Assembly: GCF_001447785.1 (NCBI RefSeq) | Contig: NW_015174995.1 | Location: 1-61,001, forward strand | Source: Gekko japonicus | Lineage: Eukaryota | DNA: 61,001 bases | Direction of reading: 5' to 3' | Part shown: piece after piece, positions 1 through 12,400 of the stretch | Numbering within the stretch: the stretch's first letter is position 1 | How the letters are laid out: each line of letters opens with the position of its first letter | Translations under genes and position numbers: made by a program | Notes under the pieces: model-generated | The model's input: the letters and a program-made list of their open reading frames with translations, nothing else | Database searches by the model: none | Told to the model about the DNA's origin: nothing

Positions 1-197
1 CATGAGCCCATAGGGTGTCCAAACTGAAGCGTGACCTCTTGGAATGCTATTGGAGATCAGGCGTATGTTCCTCTTAACCACTGCCTTTCACAAGAATTAG
101 GCTGCTTGAGGGAAAAATATCCTTCCAGCGATGTGAAATTGTAGAAGAGCAAGCAACAAACAATACAGCACACAGTCTAATATATCCATGAGCAGTA

Positions 198-257
198 AAA
201 CAAAACAACTGTGAACTGAAATACCCGCGGGTATTTCAGCTCACAGTTGTTTTGTTT
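198..257. repeat. 60-bp near-perfect palindrome inside a 136-bp insertion (150-285)
   Basis: 30-bp arms centred on cccg|cggg with 1 mismatch. attgtagaagag is duplicated at 138-149 and 274-285. Confidence 0.85.
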
Positions 258-399
258 CGCTGTTTTTGGTTAGATTGTAGAAGAGAGCAGAAATCATTTT
301 AAATGTCTGAAAAGCATTTTGGAGGTGGGTCATTGGGTGTTTTTTGGAGGAGTTCTCAATCATCACTTTTTACATTCTTTTTTCCTGTTTTCCCATTAG

Positions 400-435
400 A
401 CTCAGGAGCAACTATAGGGGCAGCGAGTTCTGCAG
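400..435 (+). CDS. 36-nt microexon DSGATIGAASSA
   Basis: Pyrimidine tract + ttag| ... GCAG|gtaagg; phase 1-1. Confidence 0.75.
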
Positions 436-3400
436 GTAAGGAGAAACTTTGGCTTCATAGTACTGTAAAGTTTGAAAGCATTGTCATCTTCATGAGACAC
501 ATTCATCTTCGTTCTTTTTTTCAGAAACCACCACACCAACTGGAGAACATTCAGGTATGAAGACATACAACCATCGTGCCTACTCTTTGGTTTCTCTGTT
601 CGACAATATTCCTGAAGTGAAGATTTGTTTATTCTTGAGAGTGGTTTTTCATAGAAGGAGGGAGGGAAGGAGGGAGGGTGGGAGGGAGGTTATGTGTATT
701 TGTAGCTCACTGCCCTACTCAAAATTACATTCAAAAGCAAGGTTCAGAAAACCTTATTAGTTTTTTTTTCTATTCTTTTAATTTTTTGCTATATTTTTAC
801 ATGTTTTATCCAGTTATAAACCCTTAACCATCTATTATTCTGTATTTTTTGGTCTTTAGTCTGAAGTATTAAACTCAAATTGTTCAATTGTCCTTTCTTA
901 ATAGGGAAAGTGTTCCAACCCTTTTATCATTCTAGTTTCTCTTTTCTGCACTTTTTCCAGTGCTATAATATCCTTTTTGAGGTGTGGTGACCAGAATTGG
1001 TCACAGTATTCCAAATGAGTTTGCAACATCAGTTTATACAGGGGTAGGGGTCATTTCGTAGAAAAAGAGGTCCATTAACGCATTAGCATAACTCATTAGC
1101 ATAACTTATTTGCATCTGCCATACCCCCAAACATGGGTCAGAAGGCAACACCCACTGCTCAGGCTCCACTGGACTGTTTTGGATTGCTAGCTATTGGAGG
1201 GGGAATGTGTAGATCTGTCCTCACAGAGGAGGGAGAGCATGTACCTGAATAAAACTTGGTCTTAAAGGTGCCACTGGACTGTTTTGGACCAGGGGACCAG
1301 GGGGGGGCTCTGCAACTTACCTGGCTTCCTCTTACTCTGACTGAAGGGCTGCTGGGAGCAGTGGGTAGGGCTATTACATGTGCCCACCCCCTGGGCTCTT
1401 TACTGCTGGAGCTCCGCTCCTGTGTGCTCCTACAGGAAATGACCCCTGTACAGGGTCATTATGATACTGGCTGAGTTGCTTTCAATACCCTTCCTAATAG
1501 TTCTGAGCATAGCGTTGGCCTTTTTTTATTTCAGTCGCACACTGTCTGGACATTTTCTGTGAGTTACCTACTACAACTCCAAGATCTCTCTCTTGGTCAG
1601 TCTCTGCCAGTTCAGACCCCATCAATGTGTATTTGTAGTTAGGATTTCTGGCCCCAATGTGCATCACTTTGCACTTGGCCACATTGAACCCCATTTGCCA
1701 TGTTGATGCCCACTCCCGGTCAGACTCCCGGTCAAATTACTCTCAGCAACACTCTCTTTGGCAGTGATATGCTTATTGAGATATATGCATGATCCAGAAC
1801 ATCATTCATGTTAGAACTGGTGATTTTGGCACACAGATGCTTAATAGAGATAATTCAAACCGAGCCCTCTCCCCTTCCCACTTGCACATGTCACAGTCAC
1901 CCTGCCTAGTGTTGCCATCTCAGTCAAATGGAAAATATATGGGTTTGTTTATCTACTTCCTAACCTGGCACAAAAAGCTTCAAGGCCACCTTTCCCTGGG
2001 AAAGGGAAAGGAGGTACATCTTGCAAGAAAAGTTATGGCTCCTAAGAGCAAAAAGTTCCCACTCATTTATCACACTCACCCACCTCCCCTCCCCGTAGGA
2101 ATTCCCTCCCCCCAGTAACTATGACAACCTGAGCGAGCAAAGCTATGCAAGGTTTGACACTCGCCCATCCTCAACAGATCCCTTTGGAATGCCTCACAAT
2201 CCTCCCTGGTTTTCACTACCCTGAACAGTTTCATGCCATCTGCACATTTAGCCACTTCACTGCTTACTCCCAACTCCAAATCATTAATGAATAAAAGCAT
2301 CAGACCCAGTTCTGAGCCCTGCAGTACCCCACTGCTTACCACCCTCCACTGAGAAAATTGCCCATTTATACTCACTCTCTGTTTCCTATTAATTAGCCAG
2401 TTTTTGATCCACAAGAGGACTTGTCCTTTTATTCCATGACTATTGAGCTTACTTAGGAGCCTTTGATGAGGAACTTCATCAAAAGCTTTCTGGAAGTCAA
2501 GGTAATCAACATCTATTGGGTCCCCCTTGTCCACATGTTTGTTCACCTCCTCAAAGAACATTGACAGATTAGTGAGACAAGATCGTCCCTTACAGAACCC
2601 ATGCTGAGTCTGCCTCAATAGTTTTTGTTCATCAATGTGCCTACCACCAACATAACCCGGTATTGATGTCAGACTGACTGGCCTGTAATTTCCTGGATCT
2701 CCTCTGGAACCCTTTGTAAAGATGGGAGTGACATTAGCTACCTTCCAGTCCTGGAGGCAGATTTTAAGGAAAGATTACATATTTTTGTCAGGAGATCCAC
2801 AAGTTCACAATTGAGTTCTTTCAGAACTCTTGGATGTATGCCATCTGGGCCTGGTGATTTATCAGTTTTTAAGTTACCTATCAGTCATAGGACCTTCTCT
2901 CTCATCACCTCAATTTGACTCAGGTCTTTCAACACCCCTCCCAAAATCAGCGGTTCTGGAGTGGGCAAACACTTCTCATCTTCCACAGTGAAGACAGAGG
3001 CAAGAAATGCATTCAGCTTCTCAGCCATTTCCCTATCATCCTTCAGTACTCCTTTTACCCCTTGGTCATCCAAGGGCCCTGCTGCTTCCCTGGCTGGTTT
3101 CCTGCTTCTCATGTATTTGAAGAAAGTTTTATTGTTGGTCTTTATGTTTTTTGTGTTATGCTCCTCATATTCCCTTCTTGCCTGCTTGATCACAAACTTG
3201 CATTTTATTTGCCACAGCCTGTGTTCCCTTTTATCAACCTCACTGAGACTAGCTTCCCACTGCTTAAAGGAATCCTTCTTACCTTTTACAGCTTCCAGAA
3301 TTGCCTCTTCCCTGGTAGTTTCTGTGACCATCTGCTCCACAGCACAGTTATTGAGAGTGTCTAGACACTCAATCTCTCTTTCCCGACTTGAACACATATT

Positions 3401-6400
3401 GACCCAATCAATGTGTGGGCAGCACCTATTATGACGCAGTTATTTTCATCTAGCCACTATCTTTAATTCATTCATCATTTTATAATCCTCCTCTCTCTTT
3501 TGATCTGGTGGGCGATAACAAACTCCCAGTGTTAAGCTACTTTTTGGGTCCACTATTTCAAACCAAAGCATTTCCAGAAGCAAGTCCAATTCTTTTACCT
3601 TCTCAATCTTACTGGACTGCATACAGAGCCACCCCACAATGTTTCCCCTCCATCCTTCCAATGTAATCAGGAATCACCATATCCCATTGATTTTCCTCAT
3701 CCCACCAAGTGTCTGAAGTACCCACAATGTCTATTTCCCCCTCCCCAACACCAAGCATCCCAACTCCTCAATTTTACCATGGAGACTCCTAGGATTTGTA
3801 TATAAACATCTACAATTTCCCATGCATATTAGGCCCACAACCTTCCTCCTGCTGCCTCGAGACCTTGCCAGGCAGTCCATATCATTAGCCACAGTCCCAG
3901 TGGACAATACTAATACATTTCCCTGTAGAAAACTAACACCTTTGAGATGACCCATCGCAAACCAGAGACTTTTCATCTCCTGTCGGCTTTCCCCCAATAT
4001 TCAGTTTAAAAACTGCTCTGTCACCTTTTTTATTTTAAACTGTGGCAGGACCTTTTGGAATTCAATTGGACATCAGGCATATCTTCCTATTATCAACTGC
4101 CTTTTACAGTAATTGGGCTACTTTCGGGGGGGAAATCTCCTTCCCACAATGTTAAATTGTAGAATATTGCAGAAATCATTTCAAATGCCTGAAAAAAATT
4201 CTGGAGGCAGGTTGTAGGGGCTTTTTTTGGAGGAGTTATTTATCACAATTTTTCACTTTCTATCATTCTCCCCCCCCCCCCCCAGACACAGGAGCAGCTA
4301 CAGGGACACCCACATCAGCAGGTAAGCAGAAGTTTTGGGCCCATATTACCGTCATGGTTGAACCCATTATCATTTTCATCATGCTCTTTCATCTTCCTTC
4401 TTTTTTCAGAAACCACCACACCAGCTGGAGAGCATTCAGGTATGAAGCCTTTTCCAATATATCCATGGTGTCTACTCCTTGGACAGTCTTCAAAAATGTT
4501 CTGGATCTCTGGAAGTATAGAAGGATGAATGGGTGGACGAATTGAGGGAAAACGCTAGCTTGAAGGATGAATCGCTGGATGGATTACAGATGAATAGATA
4601 GGTAGACTGATGCCCCATCGAAAAGGCTCTCACAGTTAGCTTAGGTTCCAGAGAGCTGTTCAAGAAGTTGGAGAACTCATGATTGAGGCCACAAGCTCAT
4701 GAAATATCACCACGGGAGGAGAATTGCTGATTCCCTGATTCTCTTCCCACTTCATCAGCAGTGGCCATCAGCTTCTATGAACTTGTATCAGATGGAAAAC
4801 TGCACAGCTCAGATGCATAAATTCCCAGGGTGTCCAACTGGATGGAGGACATATTGGAACTCTCATGCCTATCAGACATATCTTCCTCTTACTGGTTCTA
4901 GTTTAATGAAGGTGCTGGGAACCCAATCTCTTTTAGAGTATTTTAACAACTGAAGAGTGTTTTCTTTTGGTTTTGTCACTGAGGATCCTTCAGTCTTTCT
5001 TTCCTGCTACATTTGACTCCTTGTATTAGTTTCTCTGAGAACCAGGCATAATTCCTGGGGCACAAAGGACCTTTGGGGGCCACAGAAGAAGATCTAGCTG
5101 AGCTGAAGTTTTGGAAACTGAGGTAGTTGGAATTCCAGCCTCACATTTAATTGCCTTGGATTGATATATATAATTAGGGAGAAGGGGGCAGATCTTGGAA
5201 TTATTGAAAACTCTAGTAGGGAAAATGCCATATGATCTTAAAATATGTCTTTGCAGCATTAGTAATGTAGGAATCTTCTTGGACTTGAAAGAAAGTAAAA
5301 CCCTCTGAGTTTGTGGCATATTATTAAGGTGTTCAATCCTCTTTAAGTCAATAAAGAGAGGGTAAAGATCTAGCTTGAAAGCAATATAATTTCCATCATT
5401 CACCCTCTTCTTTTGGTGGGGGGCAGAAACCACCACACCAACCAGAAAACAATCTGGTAAGAAGCTGTTTTACCACTTCCATGAAGTCAACACTTTGGGA
5501 TCACTTGCAAAATGTAAGGGATGAAGGGATGCATGGATGAATGGATCAGTAGCCTGGTACCCCAGCCAAAAAGGGACTCAAGGATAGGGTTCAGGAAAGC
5601 AGCACAAGATGTTGTTTCAACCCGTGATTGAGCTCAGGAGGCCCAAGAACTGGCACCAACAGAAGGGACTTGACCATTCCTTGTTAGCCGAATTGCTCTT
5701 TAGGAGAGGCAATTGGAACAGTTTAATAATCAGGATTCAGGTCTGTGTATACGCAGGATGGGCTATGCCGGTACGTTTCAATTAAGAGACTAAACAGAAG
5801 TAAAACAAAACTTTCTTTACTAAATATATAATTCAATCACACAAGAATAAAAACCACACAGGCATACAAGGACTAAGAAAAACAAGTTAGATATCACAGC
5901 ACAGTTGCATGAGCAGGAATATCGTTGGTGGGGTATATTTACCTACGTCGTGGCTCAGCTCCGAAAACTTCCAGCTGAAGGGAGGGCAGAAGGGGAGGAA
6001 AACGGGGTAGAAAACACGTGAATCCAGACCAGCCGGGAACACGTGGATTGACCTTAGCTGCAGACTAAGGCAAAGCGGTTATCGGGAGTTTGGTATAGCA
6101 AGTGGGACAAAAGAGGTTCAAGCAGACATAGAGGGGTTGTTGGTATGAAGAAGGGTGACCTCTTGGCTCTGTGCACGATGTTTTAAGGTCTCTGCTGCGA
6201 GGGGAGGGGGTGGGCTCAAATGGATTACCAGGTAGCCCGACCCTAAAGGTCAGTGATTGGCTATGATATCAATATTCAATCTATCGATTAACTAAAGGGA
6301 GGTGTCTGGGCGGAGGCAGGAGGTACGTGCCGGGTCACCAAGTAGCGCTGACGTGGATGTTGCTATGTGTAATGGAATTCTATTGTTGGTCTGGCAAGGG

Positions 6401-9400
6401 AGGACTTCTGATGTTAAGCTTGTCAGGTGGAGACACTCGGTCTGGGCTGGCTAATGAGTTTCTGTGTTTGCGATCAACCTTCATGTTTGCATACATGATG
6501 AGCTTAACGACTCTGGGGGCCCCACTGGCTAGATGTTGATCATCCTATGCAGCTGGCATCGTCTTGGCTTGCCCCCTGGTTGAACTCTACGTTCCACAGT
6601 CTCTTCACTAACCCGTTCTGTATCAAGCTTATATTCACAAGGCATAGTCCATAAAATAGTCCAAAATGGATGCTTATGGTAACATCCTTGCTATCGTTTC
6701 CTGTGGTTGAAATGAGGCCTTCAATTTCTACGAAGCTGTATCAGACAGAAAGAAAGAGGAAATACACATGAGATCATAGGCTGTCCAAGCTGATGATGTC
6801 TCTGTGGGAACTCCTTTGAATACATGACCTATTTTCCTCATCATTACTGCTTTTCAGTCGAATCGACCAGATCTGAACCTACACAATTTGTGATGGTTTT
6901 AAATTTCTGAAGAGTGGAAAAAATCTCAATGTACGAAACCATGTTAGGGATGTGGGGGAAGGATATTCCCATCACAGTTTCTGCTTCCTGTTACTTTCTT
7001 GTCTTTTCCTGGTTTGAGCACCAGGCATAGCTTCTGGGGAACCCATTTCAGTGGGTAAGGGGACATTTTTGGTTACTTGTTAATGTCAAGCTCATAAGCC
7101 TTGCCATTTTCTTTATGCACCTTCTTTTTGTTTCTGTTTGCCAGAAACACCCACAGCAATCGCTGGACCATCGGGTAAGGAGCTCTTTCCCACCACATCC
7201 ATGAAGTGAACATTTGGTTACATTTGATAGTAGCTATTGTTAGAAGGACGGATGGATGAATGGCAGAACTGAAGAAGGGAGGGAGGAAGAGATGGAGGGA
7301 GGGATGAAAGATATGTGTATTTGTACCCCACCACTCCACTTAAAGAGATTCAAAAGCAAGGTTCAGAAAACGGGTACAACCAGTTGGCCAGTTCCTGATT
7401 GAGGTCAGCAGACTCATATTGGACCATGACAGGGGACTATTCCTTACCCTCTGTTCACTGTAGACCAAAAGATGCCATTTACAAATAAGGCTTACCAGAT
7501 TGTGAAAGACTCAGTTGATACATAGAATGTCATAGGGTGTCCGAACTGTGGCAGGACCTCTGGAAACTCTATTGGACATCATCAGGCATATCTTCCTATT
7601 CACAGTAATTGGGCCTTTCACAGTAATTGGGCTGTCTTGGGGGGGGATCTCATTCCAGTGATGTTAAATTGTAGAAGATAGCAGAAATCATTTAAAATGT
7701 CTGAAAATGAATTTGAAGGCAGGTTGCAGGGGCTTTTTTTGGAGGCGTTATCGATCATAATTTTTTGCTTTCTATTATTTGTTTTTTCCTCCTTAGACCC
7801 AGGAGCAGCTACAGGAACACCCACGTCAGCAGGTAGAGAAAGGTTTTGGCCCCATATTGCTGTCAAGGTTGAAAGCATTGTCATTTTCATCATACTCTTT
7901 CATCTTCCTTCTTTTTTCAGAAACCACCACACCAACTGGAGAACATTCAGGTATGAAGCCTTTTTCAATACATTCATGGTGTCTACTCCTTGGACACGCT
8001 TCAAAAATGTTCTGGATCCCTGAAGTGCACAAGGATGGATGGGTACATGAATGGAAGAATGGAAAGAAGGAAGGGTAGACTGAAGGATGAATGGATGGAT
8101 GTATTATAGATGAATCGATTGGAAGCCTGATGCCCTACCCGCGAAGGCTGTCATGGTTAGCTTAGGTTCTGGAGAGCTGTACAAGAAGTTGGAGAACTTG
8201 TGATTGACATCATGAGCTCATGAAATCTCAGCATGGGAGGGGAATTTCTCATTCCCTGCTTTGCTTCCCACTGCTTCAGCAGAGGTCTTCATCTTCTACA
8301 AACTCATATCTGATGGAGAAATATACAGCTCAGACACATAAATTTCTTGGTTGGATGGAGGTCACGTAACTCTCTTGGCTATCAGACATTCCTTTCTTTC
8401 CATTCCTGCAAAAAAATTCCTGCTTCTAGTTTAATGAAACTGCTGGGAACCCAATGTCTTTTTGACTATTTCAACAGCTGAAGAGTGAAAAAACAGGATT
8501 CCAAATGCCTCAAAACCACCTATTTTCTGTTGGTTTTGTCACTGAGGATCCTTCAGACTTTTTTTTTCATACTTCCTCTGACTTCTTGAATCCTAAGCCA
8601 AAAAAGGGGAAAGAATAAGGTTCAGGAACACTGGACAAGGTGTTGTTTAATCCATGATTTTGCTCAGGAGGCTAATGAACTGGATCTATGGGATGGGAAT
8701 CGCCCCCATTCATTGCCCTCTGTTCCCAGTGGTTCAAAAGAGGCCTTCAACTTCTATGAACTTATATCAGACTGAAAGAAAGAGCTAATACACATTAGGT
8801 CATAGGCTGTCAAAGCTGATGATGTTCCTGTGGGAAATTTATTGGATAACATACCTATGTGCCTCATCTTTCCTGCTTTTCACTTGAATTAAGCTCATTT
8901 GAAACCACAGCTTTTGTGATGATTTTTCATTGCTGAAGAATACAAAATATATCTAAATGTATAAAACCATGGCATTTATGCAGGGGGGAGTATATTTCCA
9001 TCTCACTTTCTGCTTTTTCTTACTCTTTTTCTTACTCCTCTCCTCGTGTGAGTACCAGGCATAGTTCCTGGGTTACCAATTTCAGTGGGTTAGGGGAAGT
9101 TTTGATCACATATATACGTTCAACTTGATAGCCTTGTTTTTTTTTCATTATGCACTTTCTTCTTTCTCTTTGCCAGAAACAAACACAGCAATTGCTGAAC
9201 CTTCTGGTAAGAAGCTCTTTTCTACCACATCCATTTAATGGACATGTGGTTATGTTTGATAGTAGTTTTTGATGGAAGGATGGATGGATGACAGGATGGA
9301 GGGATGGACAAAGGATATGTGTATTTATAGCCCTCTGTCTTGTTTATCATTTGTAATATTTATTGATGAAAGTATGGATAGATAGATGCACCTTTGGACT

Positions 9401-12400
9401 GTTAAATGTATGTATTTATAGCACTACTCATGAAGAGATTCAAGGGGAAGGTCAGGAAGACTTCACAATTTGTTCAACAGCATGTTGAGTTCAGTTTGCT
9501 CATGGAATTCCGCCATTATCGTATAACTGGCTATTCCATGTACTTTCTTTCCCACTAATTCAAGTAGAAAGCTTGCAACTGTTCTGAACAAACAGCATTC
9601 AGAGAAGTTGTTGTCTGATGTGTATAAGATCATGGGTGTCATACACTGAATCAGAATGCTTTGATGCTTCTATAGAACCTCAGACACATCTTAAGCTGTC
9701 CTCTTTTCCACTTCCTTTTGCTTTATTTAGGCTGCATGGAACCTGTTCCCCTGTTCAATGTATTATAATGCCAAGACCAGAAACATAATGCATGAAATCT
9801 TGTGGGTGTTTTATGATTTATTGATAATTGTTTTGTGCTTTCTCTTTCTTGTTGTTTTTCCTTCCTCCAAGGGCCTGCTATACCTACACTCGCACCCACA
9901 TCTGGAGGTGAAGAAAATTTTGCATACATATTAAAGCAAAGATTAAAAGCATTGTGATTTTCATCTTATACTTTCTTCTTTTTTGCTTTTGCCAGAAACA
10001 ACCACAGTATATGCAGAACCACCTGGTAAGAAACGTTTGTTTATCACATCCATAAAGTGAGCTGTTTGGTTATCATTGAATATTTGTATCACTTGATGGA
10101 TAGATGGACAGATGGATAGATGAATGGATGGATTAATTTATTTGCAGCTCCACCAAATAAGAGACTCAAGGATAAGTTTCACGAAACCTGCACAATAAGT
10201 TGTTCAGCTCTGAATTGAGGTCTGCAGGCTCATCATGTTTCACATCAAGGATGGCTTGATAGCCCATTCCCTGCCCTCCTTTCACCATAGTTTGCCAGAA
10301 GTCTTTAACTCAATTGATTGCATATCAGACTGAGGAAGACAGTCTTCCTCATACATACAAAATACATACATACAAAATCAAAGAATCTTAAAGTTGAACT
10401 AGGACCAGATGGTACTCTATTAGACATCAGACAGAACAGAACAGAAGTTTATTATAACAGTCATAGACCAGATAAAAATAGTTTTACACATTCCTAAGAA
10501 TAAAATACAAATCTGCCTTAAATATACTACTAAAATATACACTATTGAATATATCATTTACTCTATCTCAATAAATTTGAGCTGAACATTTAAATTTATG
10601 ACTTGCATTTAAACATAAATACTTCTGTGGCTGCTATGGTATTTTCTATGTGAACACGTACAAGTTGAATGGAATAGCAGTACTACTAATAATAGCAATA
10701 GTAATAAGCCACACTTCACTTATAAGCAGGGCTATTTTTGGGCAGGAACGCACAGAAACGGAGTTCCGGCTGGCTCCCAAGTTGGCCACGCCCAGCAGGA
10801 ACTCATTAGCATAATAGGCCACACCCAACAGCAGAAACTCATTAGGATTGGCTACATTAGGGGTGTGTGGCCTAACATGCAAAGGAGTTCATGCTACAAA
10901 AAAAGGCCCTGGGTTTTGACAACAAACAAGGTAAACAGAATAACAAGCAAAAGGTGGGTGTGGCTGGATAACCACACTTCTGGTAACATGTGGGTGTGAC
11001 CTAATGTGCTAATGAGCTGTGCTGTCAGGGGTTTGGCCCAATATGCTAATGAGTTCCTGCTGTTGGGTGTGGCCTATTATGCTAATGAGTTCCTGCTGGG
11101 CTTTATCTACAAAAAGAGCCCTGCTTATAAGGCATCCGGTTCTGATGGCATTTTGAAGGACTTATAAAATTAAAATAAACATTATAAATAGTAAGAACCG
11201 CTGTACATAAAGGTAAAAGAAGCTTAAAACAGCAATAAAATGCATTTTAAAATTCTTAAAAAGCAAGCAATAAAGTGCATTTAAAATTCTTAAGAAACAG
11301 GCAGTTAACAGGTGATTGACATTTGACTTCCTGTGTTATTATAGATTTTCTAATTCTTAAAGCTAGCCATCCATATGTAGCCACTAGAAGTGTTACCTCT
11401 GAGTGTCTGTCTGCCAGGAGATTTTTCATAATATGAACTCTTTGCCTACTAGTGAGAGGTAAGGACTTGGGGAGTGGAAGTGATTTACGGAGATTATTAT
11501 ATGCCTTATAGTCGAAAATAATATGTTCTAAATTTTTGATGCCTTTGTTACAGCAGGGACATATACGTTCCTCAAATGGGATTTTCTTATACTTTCCCTC
11601 TGTAATTGCTAGAGAAAGGGCATCCCAGCGCATAAGAGTAAACATTCTCCTATAGTAATGGTTTGACAGTTGGTGAAGATAGGCCATGGCCCCGGTCGCA
11701 CAGGCCAGATAACGCGGGGGGAGGCATGGCTCTTTGCACTGACGCACTTAGACCAGCCAGAACACGATCAGACACGATGGAAGCACACTGCGGTGTCGTC
11801 CGTCAGCGCGTAGGCATCAAGGAGGACAGCCAGGGGAAAGCCACGCACCGGCGCGAGCACACGAAACGATTCCGTCGGCAGCCCGTGGCAAACCATTTGC
11901 TAATACATTTGTTGAGATACTTTTTAACTGCGCAGCTTCAGCGGCATGCCACGGGTTGGCCACGGGTGCACTACGCTTGCCAGATGTTGTGGTGTGATTG
12001 TGCCCTGAAAAATCTGCCCAGCATTCGTGGCTCTCCCGTGGCAAATTCAGCATGTGAACGGCGCCCATAGAACTTATTCTGTTAGTGGGGTCCAGAAGTC
12101 TATTCAATTTCTCTACTCTGCCAATATCGTTCTGCCTATCAATATCTTCATCAGACATATCTTCCTGTTTTTGATTGCCTTTCTGTGTAATTAAGCTGCT
12201 CTGAAACCATACCTCTTGCACCTAGTTTATATACCTTAAGAATGAGAAAATAATTAAATAGCATCAAAAGCATGGTTTTTTTGTTTTTTTGAGGATTTAT
12301 TTATCATTGTTTCTGCTTCCTCTTTCTTCTTATTTTTTCTTCTTCTAAGAACCTGCCATAACTAGTGCGGCACTCATATCACCCGGTAAGTAAAATTTTT

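Noticed and set aside
2076-3997. RT/endonuclease ORFs as an active or domesticated gene
   Set aside because: Ordinary CR1 ORF2 broken by deletions, frameshifts and nested insertions; the catalytic YADD motif is degenerate (CADG).
303-8078. ORFs 303..560, 4354..4545, 7697..8023 and 7857..8078 as a family of small membrane proteins
   Set aside because: They read through pyrimidine tracts and the short introns. The hydrophobic stretches are T-rich splice signals, and frames are not kept between copies (88 versus 89 versus 90 nt).
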